A stretch of 27,430 nucleotides of DNA from Coraliomargaritaceae bacterium (lineage in GTDB: Bacteria > Verrucomicrobiota > Verrucomicrobiia > Opitutales > Coraliomargaritaceae): the NCBI GenBank assembly GCA_965656495.1, contig CBFHKU010000015.1, positions 1 to 27,430 on the forward strand, written 5' to 3'. Shown here one piece after another: positions 1 through 8,739 of this stretch; position 1 is the first letter of the stretch; every line of letters starts with the position of its first letter. The notes beneath the pieces were generated by a model. The model did no database searches and was not told where the DNA came from. It saw nothing but the letters and a program-made list of their open reading frames with translations. Both the position numbers and the translations under genes were made by a program.

Positions 1-1210
1 TCACGTCCGATTCCGCAGCCGGCAAGGAGCCGCCCCAGGTCGTGGCGTCACTCCAGTCACCGCTTTGGGTAGCGCTTGCTGCGGGCGCAGATATCGTCGA
101 TACCATCACATTCGCAGGAGCGGATGCGCTACCAACGTTACCAACGGCATCACGCATCGTGACCGTGTAGCGGTATTCTAAGCCTGTAGTCAGCCCCGTA
201 TCCTCATAATACGGCGAGCTCTGCCAACCACTGCTACTGCCACCTGCGTTCCCACTTGTTTCAGTAAAGAGATATTCAACCACGCCGGACGCATCGCTGC
301 CCGGCATTGCCAGCATCCTAACCGAACTCGCGTCCAAGGCAGTCGGCGCACCGTCAAAGCCCGCCGGGTTCGGAGTCGGCGTAGTCGCATCCGCATACAG
401 GCGGGTCATATTCGAGTCGGCATCATACCTCGCAACAACACCGCCACTGCTAGCGGAAGTGAACACATGGCCGGCGGCAATCCAGCCATCAAGTTTACTC
501 ACCGCATCGCCCTTAAGTATGAGTTCACCGTCCCCTTTCACATCAATCAGAAAATCCGCAGATGCACTTGTCATGTCGTTGACTCGAATGGTACCACCAT
601 AGAGTTTCAGATTGACCTTGCGACCGTCATGAAGATTCAGCCTCTTCGCGGTCACACTGCCTTCGAGCATCGTAAACTCTGTCCCCACAGTGCTCTTGAC
701 ACAAAGGTGTAGCCAACCGCTGGAGCCAAGATCGATCGTCCCCGTATTCGTGAAGCTGGACTCAGCATTCGCGTGGCCGCCAAGAACCATACCGGTGGCA
801 GTCAAAATCCCATGATTCTCAATGGTGTTAATTCCCTGCGATCTCAAGCTCCCACCAAGGGTGATCACACCGTGATTTGTCAGCGATGAGGTCTGATTTC
901 CGTTCGCCGCCAACTGAAGTGTAAGATTGCTCGTGGTAGCAAGCGTTCCGCTGGCACCAACGACCAAACTCCCCGGCCAATTTGACCGGCCCAGCTTCAC
1001 CTGATTCGCAAGCGCGCCCGCAGACTGAATTTCAGCAGCGACCGCTGCAGTCGAAAAGATGTCAACATTCGTTGTCGCGCTCGGAACGCCTACAGGGGCA
1101 TAATTGCTGCCATCAAACCAATTCGTGCCACTGGCGGTATCGAAGACTACAGAAAAGGCAGGCGTCGCACTGATTGCCACCAAGGGAATGAGCGCGAATG
1201 CACGCTTCAT
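1..1210 (-). CDS. Secreted multidomain protein (signal peptide, beta-rich region, fibronectin type III-like domain, probable start of a G8-like domain); 3' end runs off the window
   Basis: Manual translation from ATG at 1210 stays open to base 2: MKRAFALIPLVAISATPAFS...PTPNPAGFDGAPTA...VEYLFTETSG...SGWQSSPYYEDTGLTTGLEYRYTVTMRDAVGN...SGDWSDATTWGGSLP. Purine-rich GGAGAGGGGG lies upstream. Missing from the ORF track, probably because no stop lies in the window. Confidence 0.85.
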   Translation of the reverse strand, partial: MKRAFALIPLVAISATPAFSVVFDTASGTNWFDGSNYAPVGVPSATTNVDIFSTAAVAAEIQSAGALANQVKLGRSNWPGSLVVGASGTLATTSNLTLQLAANGNQTSSLTNHGVITLGGSLRSQGINTIENHGILTATGMVLGGHANAESSFTNTGTIDLGSSGWLHLCVKSTVGTEFTMLEGSVTAKRLNLHDGRKVNLKLYGGTIRVNDMTSASADFLIDVKGDGELILKGDAVSKLDGWIAAGHVFTSASSGGVVARYDADSNMTRLYADATTPTPNPAGFDGAPTALDASSVRMLAMPGSDASGVVEYLFTETSGNAGGSSSGWQSSPYYEDTGLTTGLEYRYTVTMRDAVGNVGSASAPANVMVSTISAPAASATQSGDWSDATTWGGSLPAAESDV

Positions 1211-1356
1211 GAAATTGCCCCCTCTCCAATTGTGAAGCATCTTTTAAAGCAGCAGTGATCACACTGCAACAAACACAATGAGTTGATCATCTTCGTAGTA
1301 AAGTCGAGTTCGAGTAAGGGCTCTGTAGGGAGGAATTAACTGATCTTAGCAAGCGG

Positions 1357-1397
1357 GTCAAATACAGACAGGGCCTTGGTCTGTATTATTATTTGAC
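1357..1397. promoter_or_regulatory. Inverted repeat upstream of the 1210 gene, candidate operator
   Basis: AATACAGAC(1361-1369)-N9-GTCTGTATT(1379-1387), plus GTCAAAT(1357-1363)/ATTTGAC(1391-1397). Confidence 0.35.
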
Positions 1398-1595
1398 ACC
1401 GCTACTGAGTCATATCTGGAGGCTAATTGTTCCGAAAATCTCATCCATTTCATTAATAACTATCAATCATCGTGTATCATAACCTGAGCCCATCCTGAAT
1501 CAGCACTGAGTCTAGGCTGCAGCACCCTAAGGTTCCAAAATACAAACTCACAGTTTGGTATTTGGACTTAGAGACTAAAATTGTAGCGCTTTGCA

Positions 1596-1661
1596 GTAGC
1601 TCTGCGATTAGGCGTAGTTTCAGGCGGCTAAACCGAAACACGGGCTGAAGCACCACGCACC
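1596..1661 (-). repeat. Degenerate dispersed REP doublet of the RAYT-associated family
   Basis: The reverse complement of 1639-1661 is GGTGCGTGGTGCTTCAGCCCGTG (REP-A variant). 1596-1621 GTAGCTCTGCGATTAGGCGTAGTTTC resembles REP-B GTAGCTGCGTGCTTCAGCCGCAGTTTC. Confidence 0.7.
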
Positions 1662-1723
1662 GGTAAAGTAGGACGCGAAAAGCACCCTTCAGCACTGAGC
1701 TTTCAGTCACAGTGCTGCGGCGT

Positions 1724-2893
1724 TTATTTCGTTGCCTGATCGACCAATGAATCCATTTTTTCGCCAAGAACCGTTAAGGCGCTTGTCTCCGGGGCGACCG
1801 AGCAGGCTGCGGAAGAACTTTCAGTTGGCGTCCAGACTTTCTGGTTTTCCTCAATAAACTCCTTGGCTAAATTCATGAAGGTATGGGGCTGCTCCTCCGG
1901 CAGGATTGCAAGGGGATGCTCATACCATGATTGAATCGTGCCCAGCGCAGGCATCAGCCCGCTATGCTTAACCGACCGCAGGCAATTCATTACGTTTTCA
2001 TGGAAGAGCTGATCGGACGTGCTTCCTCCGGTATGATCATTGAACAGGAAGTAGAACTCCAGCCCCTGCTCTTTGCAAAATGCTTCCATCGCCCGAAGCT
2101 TTGCCCAGCCGTTCTCGGTGTTCACAATCCGCTCATAGGAATACTCGGGCTGAAAAATATCGATCCGGGTGTCCAAAGCATGACATGCCTCGATGACATC
2201 AAGGAGTATATCTTTTAAATCGCCATAATCCTCAGCGGGCACTTCTGCCGGGTAGGTCGCCGCGTCGTCCCAATGGAAACGAAAGGCGGCCTCAAGGATG
2301 CCGACCTTCAGGTTCGGATACTGCTGCTTGATCCCCGCAACATATTCCGCGTATCTTCTGACGGCGTCTTCATAAGTCCATTTATAGACTGGTATCGTGT
2401 CCGCATGGTGTTGCGATTTGACGAAGACATTATCTGTGATGATAAAGTCAACCGTGCCACCGGCCGCAGTGATCGGATCCAGTAGAGTTCTCTCGGTCGC
2501 TTCGTGTCCTGCCCGAATCCCCACCTCGACCGCAAAGGCCTTGCCCATCCCGGCAAGATTCGCCACCGATTGCCGCAAAAGCTCAGGATCATTACGATAC
2601 AGCCAGGCGAGCGTCGCGGTGTAAAACTTGAAGTGTGAGACATTCTCGAGCACCTCGCTCCACTCATCCGTCTGATTGATAAAAAGATCCTCCACTCCCC
2701 GAACAAATGCCGTTTCACCCAAGGCCTTTGGCGTCAGCCGCGGACAGACGGTCACCTGCATCGGCTCCACCGCAAAGGTACTGCCCGCCATGCAGAAAAG
2801 CGTTGTTAGCTGTTTCCAATATTTCGAAACGATGCTTCCAATTCGAGCAGTCAACTCGGTAGAGCGCTCTGTTTTTTTTAAAACTCTTAACAT
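1724..2893 (-). CDS. Hypothetical, probably exported protein (possible alpha/beta-barrel carbohydrate-active enzyme)
   Basis: 389-aa ORF co-oriented 28 bp downstream of a sulfatase. Signal-like segment KQLTTLFCMAGSTFA. No family motif recognised; start uncertain. Confidence 0.75.
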   Translation of the reverse strand: MLRVLKKTERSTELTARIGSIVSKYWKQLTTLFCMAGSTFAVEPMQVTVCPRLTPKALGETAFVRGVEDLFINQTDEWSEVLENVSHFKFYTATLAWLYRNDPELLRQSVANLAGMGKAFAVEVGIRAGHEATERTLLDPITAAGGTVDFIITDNVFVKSQHHADTIPVYKWTYEDAVRRYAEYVAGIKQQYPNLKVGILEAAFRFHWDDAATYPAEVPAEDYGDLKDILLDVIEACHALDTRIDIFQPEYSYERIVNTENGWAKLRAMEAFCKEQGLEFYFLFNDHTGGSTSDQLFHENVMNCLRSVKHSGLMPALGTIQSWYEHPLAILPEEQPHTFMNLAKEFIEENQKVWTPTESSSAACSVAPETSALTVLGEKMDSLVDQATK

Positions 2894-2921
2894 ATTTTGT
2901 ATTATCTTTTCTTAATCGCTT

Positions 2922-5519
2922 CTACTCGGAGAGTTCAATGGATACGGCATTGAGTGTGACAACGGTTTTTTCGTTAACGGCGCCGTAATTCCATGCACCG
3001 AAGGCCAGTGTGTAGCCGGAAATGTTGGTGGAAAGATCGGCGAGCGTCTGCGTCAGCACTGAATCGCCGCTCGTGCTGGTCGCGCCCTCAAGTTCGATGG
3101 TGGCCTGAGCTCCATTCAAGGTATAAGTGATTGCAGTCGGCATGCCAGTAATATCTGCAACAGTGCCTCCACTTGCGCTGGCTCCCTGCAGCGCTTGGTA
3201 GACAATGCGCCAGGCAGCGGGATCGCCCTGTCGTTCCAGGCGGAAGCCGATGCCGTTATCCAGTGCGTTGTTCTGCGGCTGATACTTTCCGTCGGCATCG
3301 TCACCGATCGAGAAATAGAAGACATTCCTTTTGCTACCTGGGTCTCCACTGATCGATGCGATATCAAAACGAACCGTAACCGGGTGATCATAAAAATCAT
3401 ACAGTTTCGCGCCGCTGTCGACCGTCGAATCGCCATCCTGATTCAGCATCGTGTGGAGCGTTGCCTGAGTGCTTGTGTTACTGGAGTTGACATCCATTAT
3501 GAGTTGACCGCCGGTCTGGGAAACCGCTGCGCTACTCCCCTGAGTGTAGACCGTCCAGTGGGCATTCAGTGCGGCACTGCCAAAGCTATCGTCCCATGCT
3601 ATGTTGGTCTGGCCACCAAGAGTTTCGCGTATCGAATAGAACCGACTCTTGGTATTAGCCATCGGCAGCGTTACAGTCATAAAGCCGTTAGACGAAGCTA
3701 GCTCACTCGACAGCTCCTGCCAGTCGGGATTTGTCAGCGATACACTCTCCATTAAGGTGTAGCGATAGCCAGCCCGAACCGGATACCGGTAATCCATCGG
3801 CCCACCGGCAGGCAATGTGCGCAGCCGGAACGGTATCGGCATGGACGCGTTGTTGAAAGACTGCCTTACCGGTACTCCGTCAATTTCTTTCCAGTCGGCA
3901 GCATGCCAGTTGAAATCATCCACCAGCTCATAGGCTTCGAGCCATTCCAGCGGCGTGCCCTGCTGCGTGCTCCACAGGTATTCCTTATCCGCCCTCTTCT
4001 GGTCCCAATAGGAGAACCAGCGTGCTTCCTCATACCTGTCATTCGACACTGGAATGTGTGCGTTCTGGGCAGTCAGCTCAGCCAGCAGCAAGTCTTCGAG
4101 TTCGTCGACCACAGCCGGATATTGCTCGGCCAGATTGATTGTTTCGCCGATGTCGGCATCGAGATCGTAGAGTTCACACGGCCAGGCTTGAAACGGATTA
4201 TTGCTGCCATCCCAGAAGTGACGCAGTTTCCAATTCCCCTTACGAATAACTGCTCCCGAACGGTTCCACTCCGGCTGCCCGAACAATGTGTAATGCGGGA
4301 AAAACCAGGTCACAAAATCACGACCGGTCGGAGTTTGTTCGGTGATGTAGGGCTTCAGGCTGATGCCATCGAGCGGGTTGTTCGGGAGTTGTTCCAAACC
4401 AGCGACATCCAGTAGCGTCGGATAAATATCGTGGGTAACAATCACTTCATCGCTCTCACGTGGAGCAACACCCGGCCAGCGGACGATCGTCGGCACGCGG
4501 AGCCCGCCCTCATAGGTTGAGGTCTTTGCGCCACGCAGCGGACGCATGGAGGTGACGACTTTATTTTCGCTCGTCTTATCAGATGAATCCATTCGGATGC
4601 CGCCATTGTCGGAGGTGAAGATGATGATGGTATTTTCGTAGACGCCCTGTGCTTTGAGTTCGGCCACAATGGTTCCGACCGCATCGTCGAGGCTTTTCAC
4701 CATGCCGGCATAGATTGCAAAGTTCTGTGGATTGGTCGCGTCGCGTGTGCCGGTGAAATAGTCGATATAGGCCTGCTTGGCTTGATACGGCCCGTGCACC
4801 GCGAAAGTCGGCACGTAGCAGAAGAACGGAGTCTCTGTGACAACGTTGGCGCTGATAAAGTCGCAGGCCTCAGCCGCAAGGCGGTCGGTCAGCTGTTCAT
4901 TGACAGGACCGTCGCTCAGATGCGGATTTCTATAGGGCGAAAAATAGCTTTTGGGAAAGCCCAGATGGTGATCGGCTTTGGCGACATCGAAGCCCTGCTG
5001 CGCCGCCATTTTATCAGCGTCCGGCCCGAGGTGCCACTTGCCGAAAAAGCCGGTAGCATAGCCCGCCTCTTTAAGCCGCTCGGCGATGGTGATACTTGAA
5101 AGCGGTAGCTGCTCCTGCTGCTGTGGGACCGTTACCGGATATGCGCTGGCATTTTTCATGACCGCCGGATCTGTCCAAGCGCTGTAATTAAACTCGGGGT
5201 CCGAACGCTGGGTTGGCGTCACGCCAGTCAGGTGCTGACGCGCGGGCGCCCATCCGGTCAGCATCGCAGCTCGCGTGGCTGAGCAGAGCGGCGCGGAGGC
5301 ATAGCCACTGGTAAATTTGATTCCCTCCGAGCAGAGCTGATCAATATGGGGCGTTTCGTAGAATTCGCTGCGGTAGCACCCGAGGTCGCGCCAGCCCATA
5401 TCATCAGCCATGATCACGACGATGTTTGCCGGTTGAGTCGTTGGAGCGACACTCTCCTCCGCCTGCAAGCCAATCGCGAACAGGAAGAAGATCATCCAGC
5501 TGTATACAGGCCTCAGCAT
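2922..5519 (-). CDS. Sulfatase (S1, Cys-type) with long C-terminal extra domains
   Basis: NIVVIMADDMG, CSATRAAMLTG, GKWHLG, FTSDNGG, YEGGLRVP, ELYDLDADIGE; signal peptide; roughly 350 aa extension after the catalytic domain. Confidence 0.95.
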   Translation of the reverse strand: MLRPVYSWMIFFLFAIGLQAEESVAPTTQPANIVVIMADDMGWRDLGCYRSEFYETPHIDQLCSEGIKFTSGYASAPLCSATRAAMLTGWAPARQHLTGVTPTQRSDPEFNYSAWTDPAVMKNASAYPVTVPQQQEQLPLSSITIAERLKEAGYATGFFGKWHLGPDADKMAAQQGFDVAKADHHLGFPKSYFSPYRNPHLSDGPVNEQLTDRLAAEACDFISANVVTETPFFCYVPTFAVHGPYQAKQAYIDYFTGTRDATNPQNFAIYAGMVKSLDDAVGTIVAELKAQGVYENTIIIFTSDNGGIRMDSSDKTSENKVVTSMRPLRGAKTSTYEGGLRVPTIVRWPGVAPRESDEVIVTHDIYPTLLDVAGLEQLPNNPLDGISLKPYITEQTPTGRDFVTWFFPHYTLFGQPEWNRSGAVIRKGNWKLRHFWDGSNNPFQAWPCELYDLDADIGETINLAEQYPAVVDELEDLLLAELTAQNAHIPVSNDRYEEARWFSYWDQKRADKEYLWSTQQGTPLEWLEAYELVDDFNWHAADWKEIDGVPVRQSFNNASMPIPFRLRTLPAGGPMDYRYPVRAGYRYTLMESVSLTNPDWQELSSELASSNGFMTVTLPMANTKSRFYSIRETLGGQTNIAWDDSFGSAALNAHWTVYTQGSSAAVSQTGGQLIMDVNSSNTSTQATLHTMLNQDGDSTVDSGAKLYDFYDHPVTVRFDIASISGDPGSKRNVFYFSIGDDADGKYQPQNNALDNGIGFRLERQGDPAAWRIVYQALQGASASGGTVADITGMPTAITYTLNGAQATIELEGATSTSGDSVLTQTLADLSTNISGYTLAFGAWNYGAVNEKTVVTLNAVSIELSE

Positions 5520-5551
5520 TTCATTTAAAGAACTACCTAGTCCGCTTCACA

Positions 5552-7039
5552 CTAATACGACTGCGGAATTCCCTGCATGCGGATTCCTTCAGCCCGTTGA
5601 CGGAACACTTGCTGCGCCCAGTCCCCGACTGGCTTCACATTCTTGCGCTCATCTTCAATGCGATCCAATTCCTTGCCCATCCGTTTCAATACAGATGCAT
5701 ACTCCGGATCATAGGCCAAGTTGCGTGACTCATTCGGGTCGGCAGATAAATCAAACAACTGCTCTATCCCAACCTCGTGAGTCGAATGCGAAGGCGGCGG
5801 TCCCTCAAAGTCCTCCGGAATGATATACTCGCGCACATACTTAATCTTCCCATCGGTGACCACGTGTAACGATCCATTCACTTCAATATAAGCCATCTCA
5901 CGCCAAGGTGCATCACGCCCTTCCACCAGTGGGCGAAGGCTCAAGCCCTGCGGAAAGACGGCTCCATCAGCGCGGGCATAATCACACACCGTGCGCGCAA
6001 GATCGACGCCAGAAATGAAGTGCCCCTCATCTTTGACTCCCTTGGGCACTTTAAGGTCACCTAGCGTAGAGACAATAAACGGCACCCGACAGACCTCGTC
6101 ATACGGGGTCGCTTTCGCAGTCGTTTGATGCCGCGCCATCCCGTCGCCATGATCCGAAGAGAAAATGATCAGCGTGTCGTCCGCATACTTCGTCTGCGCC
6201 AATGCATCGAGCAGCTGCTCAATTTGCAGGTCCACCATCTCGGTAAATCGATGATAATTGTAACGATAGATGCGCCACATATCATCGCCCCAGTCCTGAT
6301 ACTGACGCCGCTTCGTCAGCTTCGTGACACTTGGCTCGCGGACATCATAGCTAAAGGCATCCGGCAAGGGCGGCACGTCCGATTGTTCGAGGACGCCCTC
6401 CTTGAAATAAGGAGGCTCCTTCTCTCCGTTCACCGTCGTCGCACGCACATCATCATGCCTCGGCGAGATGCAAATATCATGCGGGTTCATATAGCCCACA
6501 CTCAGGAAGAACGGTTCATCCCCGTTATAATTCTCCAAAAACGAAGTCGCCGTGCGAGTCACTTCCGTATCGGTGATCTCGCCCCACCAGCTCCCCTCAT
6601 GCAAGACATGAAAGAGCTTGCGCACGCTCTTGCCCGGCACATGCCATTTGCCGGTGTAGTAGGTATTGTAACCAGCGTCCTGCAATTGGCGCGAAAGATC
6701 CGGCATCTCCGGATGGCAGGGTGCGGAGTTACAGACCACGCCGTGCTCAGAGGAATACGAACCGGTAAACCACGAAGCCCGCGCAGGACAGCAGACCGGG
6801 TCCGTCGCATACGACTGCATAAAGGAGATACCATTCTCCACCAAGCGGTCGATCCCGGGCGTCTTGGTAAACTTGCTGCCATATGCACTGATCGAATCGA
6901 GCAGACTCATCTGGTCGACATGCAAAAAGATGATATTCGGTGCGCCGGATGCAGCACTCCCCTTTGCATTGGCCGGATAGTTCAAGCCCGTCGCCATCGC
7001 CGCCAAGGCACCACTTTTAATAAAATCACGTCGGTTCAT
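5552..7039 (-). CDS. Sulfatase (S1, Cys-type) with twin-arginine signal
   Basis: Start refined to MNRRDFIKSGALAA (ATG overlaps the upstream TAA as TAATG). PNIIFLHVDQ, CCPARASWFTG, GKWH, FSSDHG, LFDLSADPNE. Confidence 0.95.
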   Translation of the reverse strand: MNRRDFIKSGALAAMATGLNYPANAKGSAASGAPNIIFLHVDQMSLLDSISAYGSKFTKTPGIDRLVENGISFMQSYATDPVCCPARASWFTGSYSSEHGVVCNSAPCHPEMPDLSRQLQDAGYNTYYTGKWHVPGKSVRKLFHVLHEGSWWGEITDTEVTRTATSFLENYNGDEPFFLSVGYMNPHDICISPRHDDVRATTVNGEKEPPYFKEGVLEQSDVPPLPDAFSYDVREPSVTKLTKRRQYQDWGDDMWRIYRYNYHRFTEMVDLQIEQLLDALAQTKYADDTLIIFSSDHGDGMARHQTTAKATPYDEVCRVPFIVSTLGDLKVPKGVKDEGHFISGVDLARTVCDYARADGAVFPQGLSLRPLVEGRDAPWREMAYIEVNGSLHVVTDGKIKYVREYIIPEDFEGPPPSHSTHEVGIEQLFDLSADPNESRNLAYDPEYASVLKRMGKELDRIEDERKNVKPVGDWAQQVFRQRAEGIRMQGIPQSY

Positions 7040-7893
7040 TAAACAGTCCCCCTCCACGCCTTTGCAGGCTCTGAATCTATGATTGGATTCGCATTATAGA
7101 TTAAAAGATACATGCCGTAGCGCACGATGAGTAAGCGCCCGGCATCATTCACCCAGTAGAACGTGGGCAGCAGGCCATAGCCTTTTTGGGCATAGCCATG
7201 CAAGCGAATCGAACGACTACCAAAACGCGCTTCGTAATCGCCAATAGATTTGACCGAGTGACCGGGCAACAATCGCTCCAAGTCCTCGAAATAATCAAAG
7301 GCGTAGGCTTGATCGCGCGGCAAGCTTTGTACCGCGGCGAGCACGCTCCAATTCGGCACCAACGATACATCCGGATCCACTTCTCGATAGACATAGGGCT
7401 GCCCCTGCTTGCCTTTCTTACGGATGAGCGTTTTGCCGGATCCGTCCTTACCATAGTTATAGGCACCTTTGAACTGATAGCGATTATAGGGCGCCACTTC
7501 CGGTTTCTTGATATTCTTCAACTCCGTTTGAACCATCCAATGACTGTCCGGCTTTAGAGAGAACAAGGCATCACGCCGGCAGGAGTAAGCGGTTTTGGTA
7601 AAGGCACGCTCATGCGAGAAATGTTGCCCGGTCTGTCGCACGCTTTCGATCTCCATGCGCACACCTTCGGCATTAAAATTCGCCTTCACATGCAAGGAGC
7701 CATAGATCGCTTTTGCGATGTCCTTGGCCGCCCGCGTCCCCGCATAAATCACATCATAGCGGTTTTCCCAATTTTGCTTCGGGTTAAACGGTGCATCCGG
7801 CAGCGTGCTCTGCGGAGCCGAGAATCCCATGGGGAACATCATATCCGTCAACGTGGCGTTATCCCCAAAGGACCAATGTAATCTGTCTTTCAT
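7039..7893 (-). CDS. Hypothetical protein
   Basis: Long ORF (track 7039..8010). Preferred ATG at 7893 (MKDRLHW); its stop overlaps the next start (TAATG), implying translational coupling. No motif recognised. Confidence 0.75.
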   Translation of the reverse strand: MKDRLHWSFGDNATLTDMMFPMGFSAPQSTLPDAPFNPKQNWENRYDVIYAGTRAAKDIAKAIYGSLHVKANFNAEGVRMEIESVRQTGQHFSHERAFTKTAYSCRRDALFSLKPDSHWMVQTELKNIKKPEVAPYNRYQFKGAYNYGKDGSGKTLIRKKGKQGQPYVYREVDPDVSLVPNWSVLAAVQSLPRDQAYAFDYFEDLERLLPGHSVKSIGDYEARFGSRSIRLHGYAQKGYGLLPTFYWVNDAGRLLIVRYGMYLLIYNANPIIDSEPAKAWRGTV

Positions 7894-7933
7894 TGTTGGA
7901 ACCTTGTTTTCATTTTTAAAATACACATCACGC

Positions 7934-8062
7934 TCATTCAGCCTGTTGCTTCGGCGCGGACCGGCCAATCGAGAAGCGAGGCAGCACAAAAATGCCTGCA
8001 CCGGCAACAAGGCTGGCCTTCAGGTAACGTTGATGCGAGGGGGTATACGGATTGTAATTCAT
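7934..8062 (-). pseudogene. Degenerate remnant of a Tat leader, paralogous to the N-terminus of the 11222-12658 oxidoreductase
   Basis: MNYNPYTPSHQRYLKASLVAGAGIFVLPRFSIGRSAPKQQAE* versus MNNKLYTPSRRNFLKAGLAAGAGAFVLPRFSIGQTAPKHKP. Upstream 18-mer AATTCATTCAATGGCTTC is identical at 8082-8099 and 12679-12696. Confidence 0.8.
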
Positions 8063-8196
8063 ACTTATTTCCAATTGCTTTAATTCATTCAATGGCTTCG
8101 CACTGTGGCTATCACCCACTGCCCTAAGCCTATGTCGCCACCTTTCAATTCCTATTTGTAATACAATATACGACCATTCGGATGCAATCACAAAAG

Positions 8197-8670
8197 CACT
8201 ACCCGTCTCGCTTCACACCTTCGACAAGCCCAGGGCTGGCGAACCACCCTCCTCCTCAAGCATATCCTTATACATAAGTCTGAGAGTCGTGAAGCATGCG
8301 GTAAAATAACTCCTTCCCTGCGAAGGGAAGGTGGATCGCGACTTGTCCGCCGTAGCTCGAAGAGCGAAGGAGGAAGCGAGACGGAAGGGTTTTCTGCCGA
8401 GCTTCAGCTGTTTTCCGATCAATGACTAGCACGACGCCAATAACCACCTCGGTCGGGTTATTATGCCCTTGGGTGCAAGCCGACCACTCCTCCTTGAAAA
8501 GGAGGAGAGCTTAAATATGCTTTTTATTTATCATGGTATCGCAAACAAGAAGATACAAAGATGTGTATTAGGATATGCTCCTCAAGGAGCGGAGCTGAAG
8601 AACTCCCGACCGAGGTGGTTCATTCCTTGAAGGTAGCTCGCCGCCCGAAGGTGCGAAAACGAGGTGGTGC
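8197..8670. repeat. Cluster of about five copies of a second palindromic (REP-like) family, ACCACC/ACCCTT-CCG...CCACC-TCC type, in both orientations with inserted loop hairpins
   Basis: Copies at ~8199-8260 (+), ~8310-8390 (-), 8442-8510 (+), ~8577-8620 (-), ~8624-8670 (-). Perfect 16-bp inverted repeat 8442-8457/8605-8620. Hairpins CTCCTTCCCTGCGAAGGGAAGG and CTCCTCCTTGAAAAGGAGGAG. Confidence 0.75.
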
Positions 8671-8739
8671 TCATAAAGGACAGACCTTGCTAAAAATGGT
8701 ATCGGTAGAGCTAGGGCCGAAAAAATAGCTACTGCTTAC

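Noticed and set aside
735..750. Possible frameshift at the C4 run in the left-edge gene
   Set aside because: Recounting gives ACG GGG ACG in frame; the gene is continuous.
190..1173. Track ORFs 190..396, 467..712, 982..1173
   Set aside because: All overlap the longer, motif-bearing minus-strand frame starting at 1210.
1690..1717. CAGCACTG/CAGTGCTG hairpin after the 1724 stop as a terminator
   Set aside because: The 8-bp stem is real but there is no adjacent U tract on the minus strand, so it was not called.
1477..1767. 96-aa minus-strand ORF
   Set aside because: Overlaps the upstream gene end and a degenerate REP doublet; no coding features.
6125..7042. 305-aa plus-strand ORF
   Set aside because: Antisense shadow of a clear sulfatase; no recognisable motifs.
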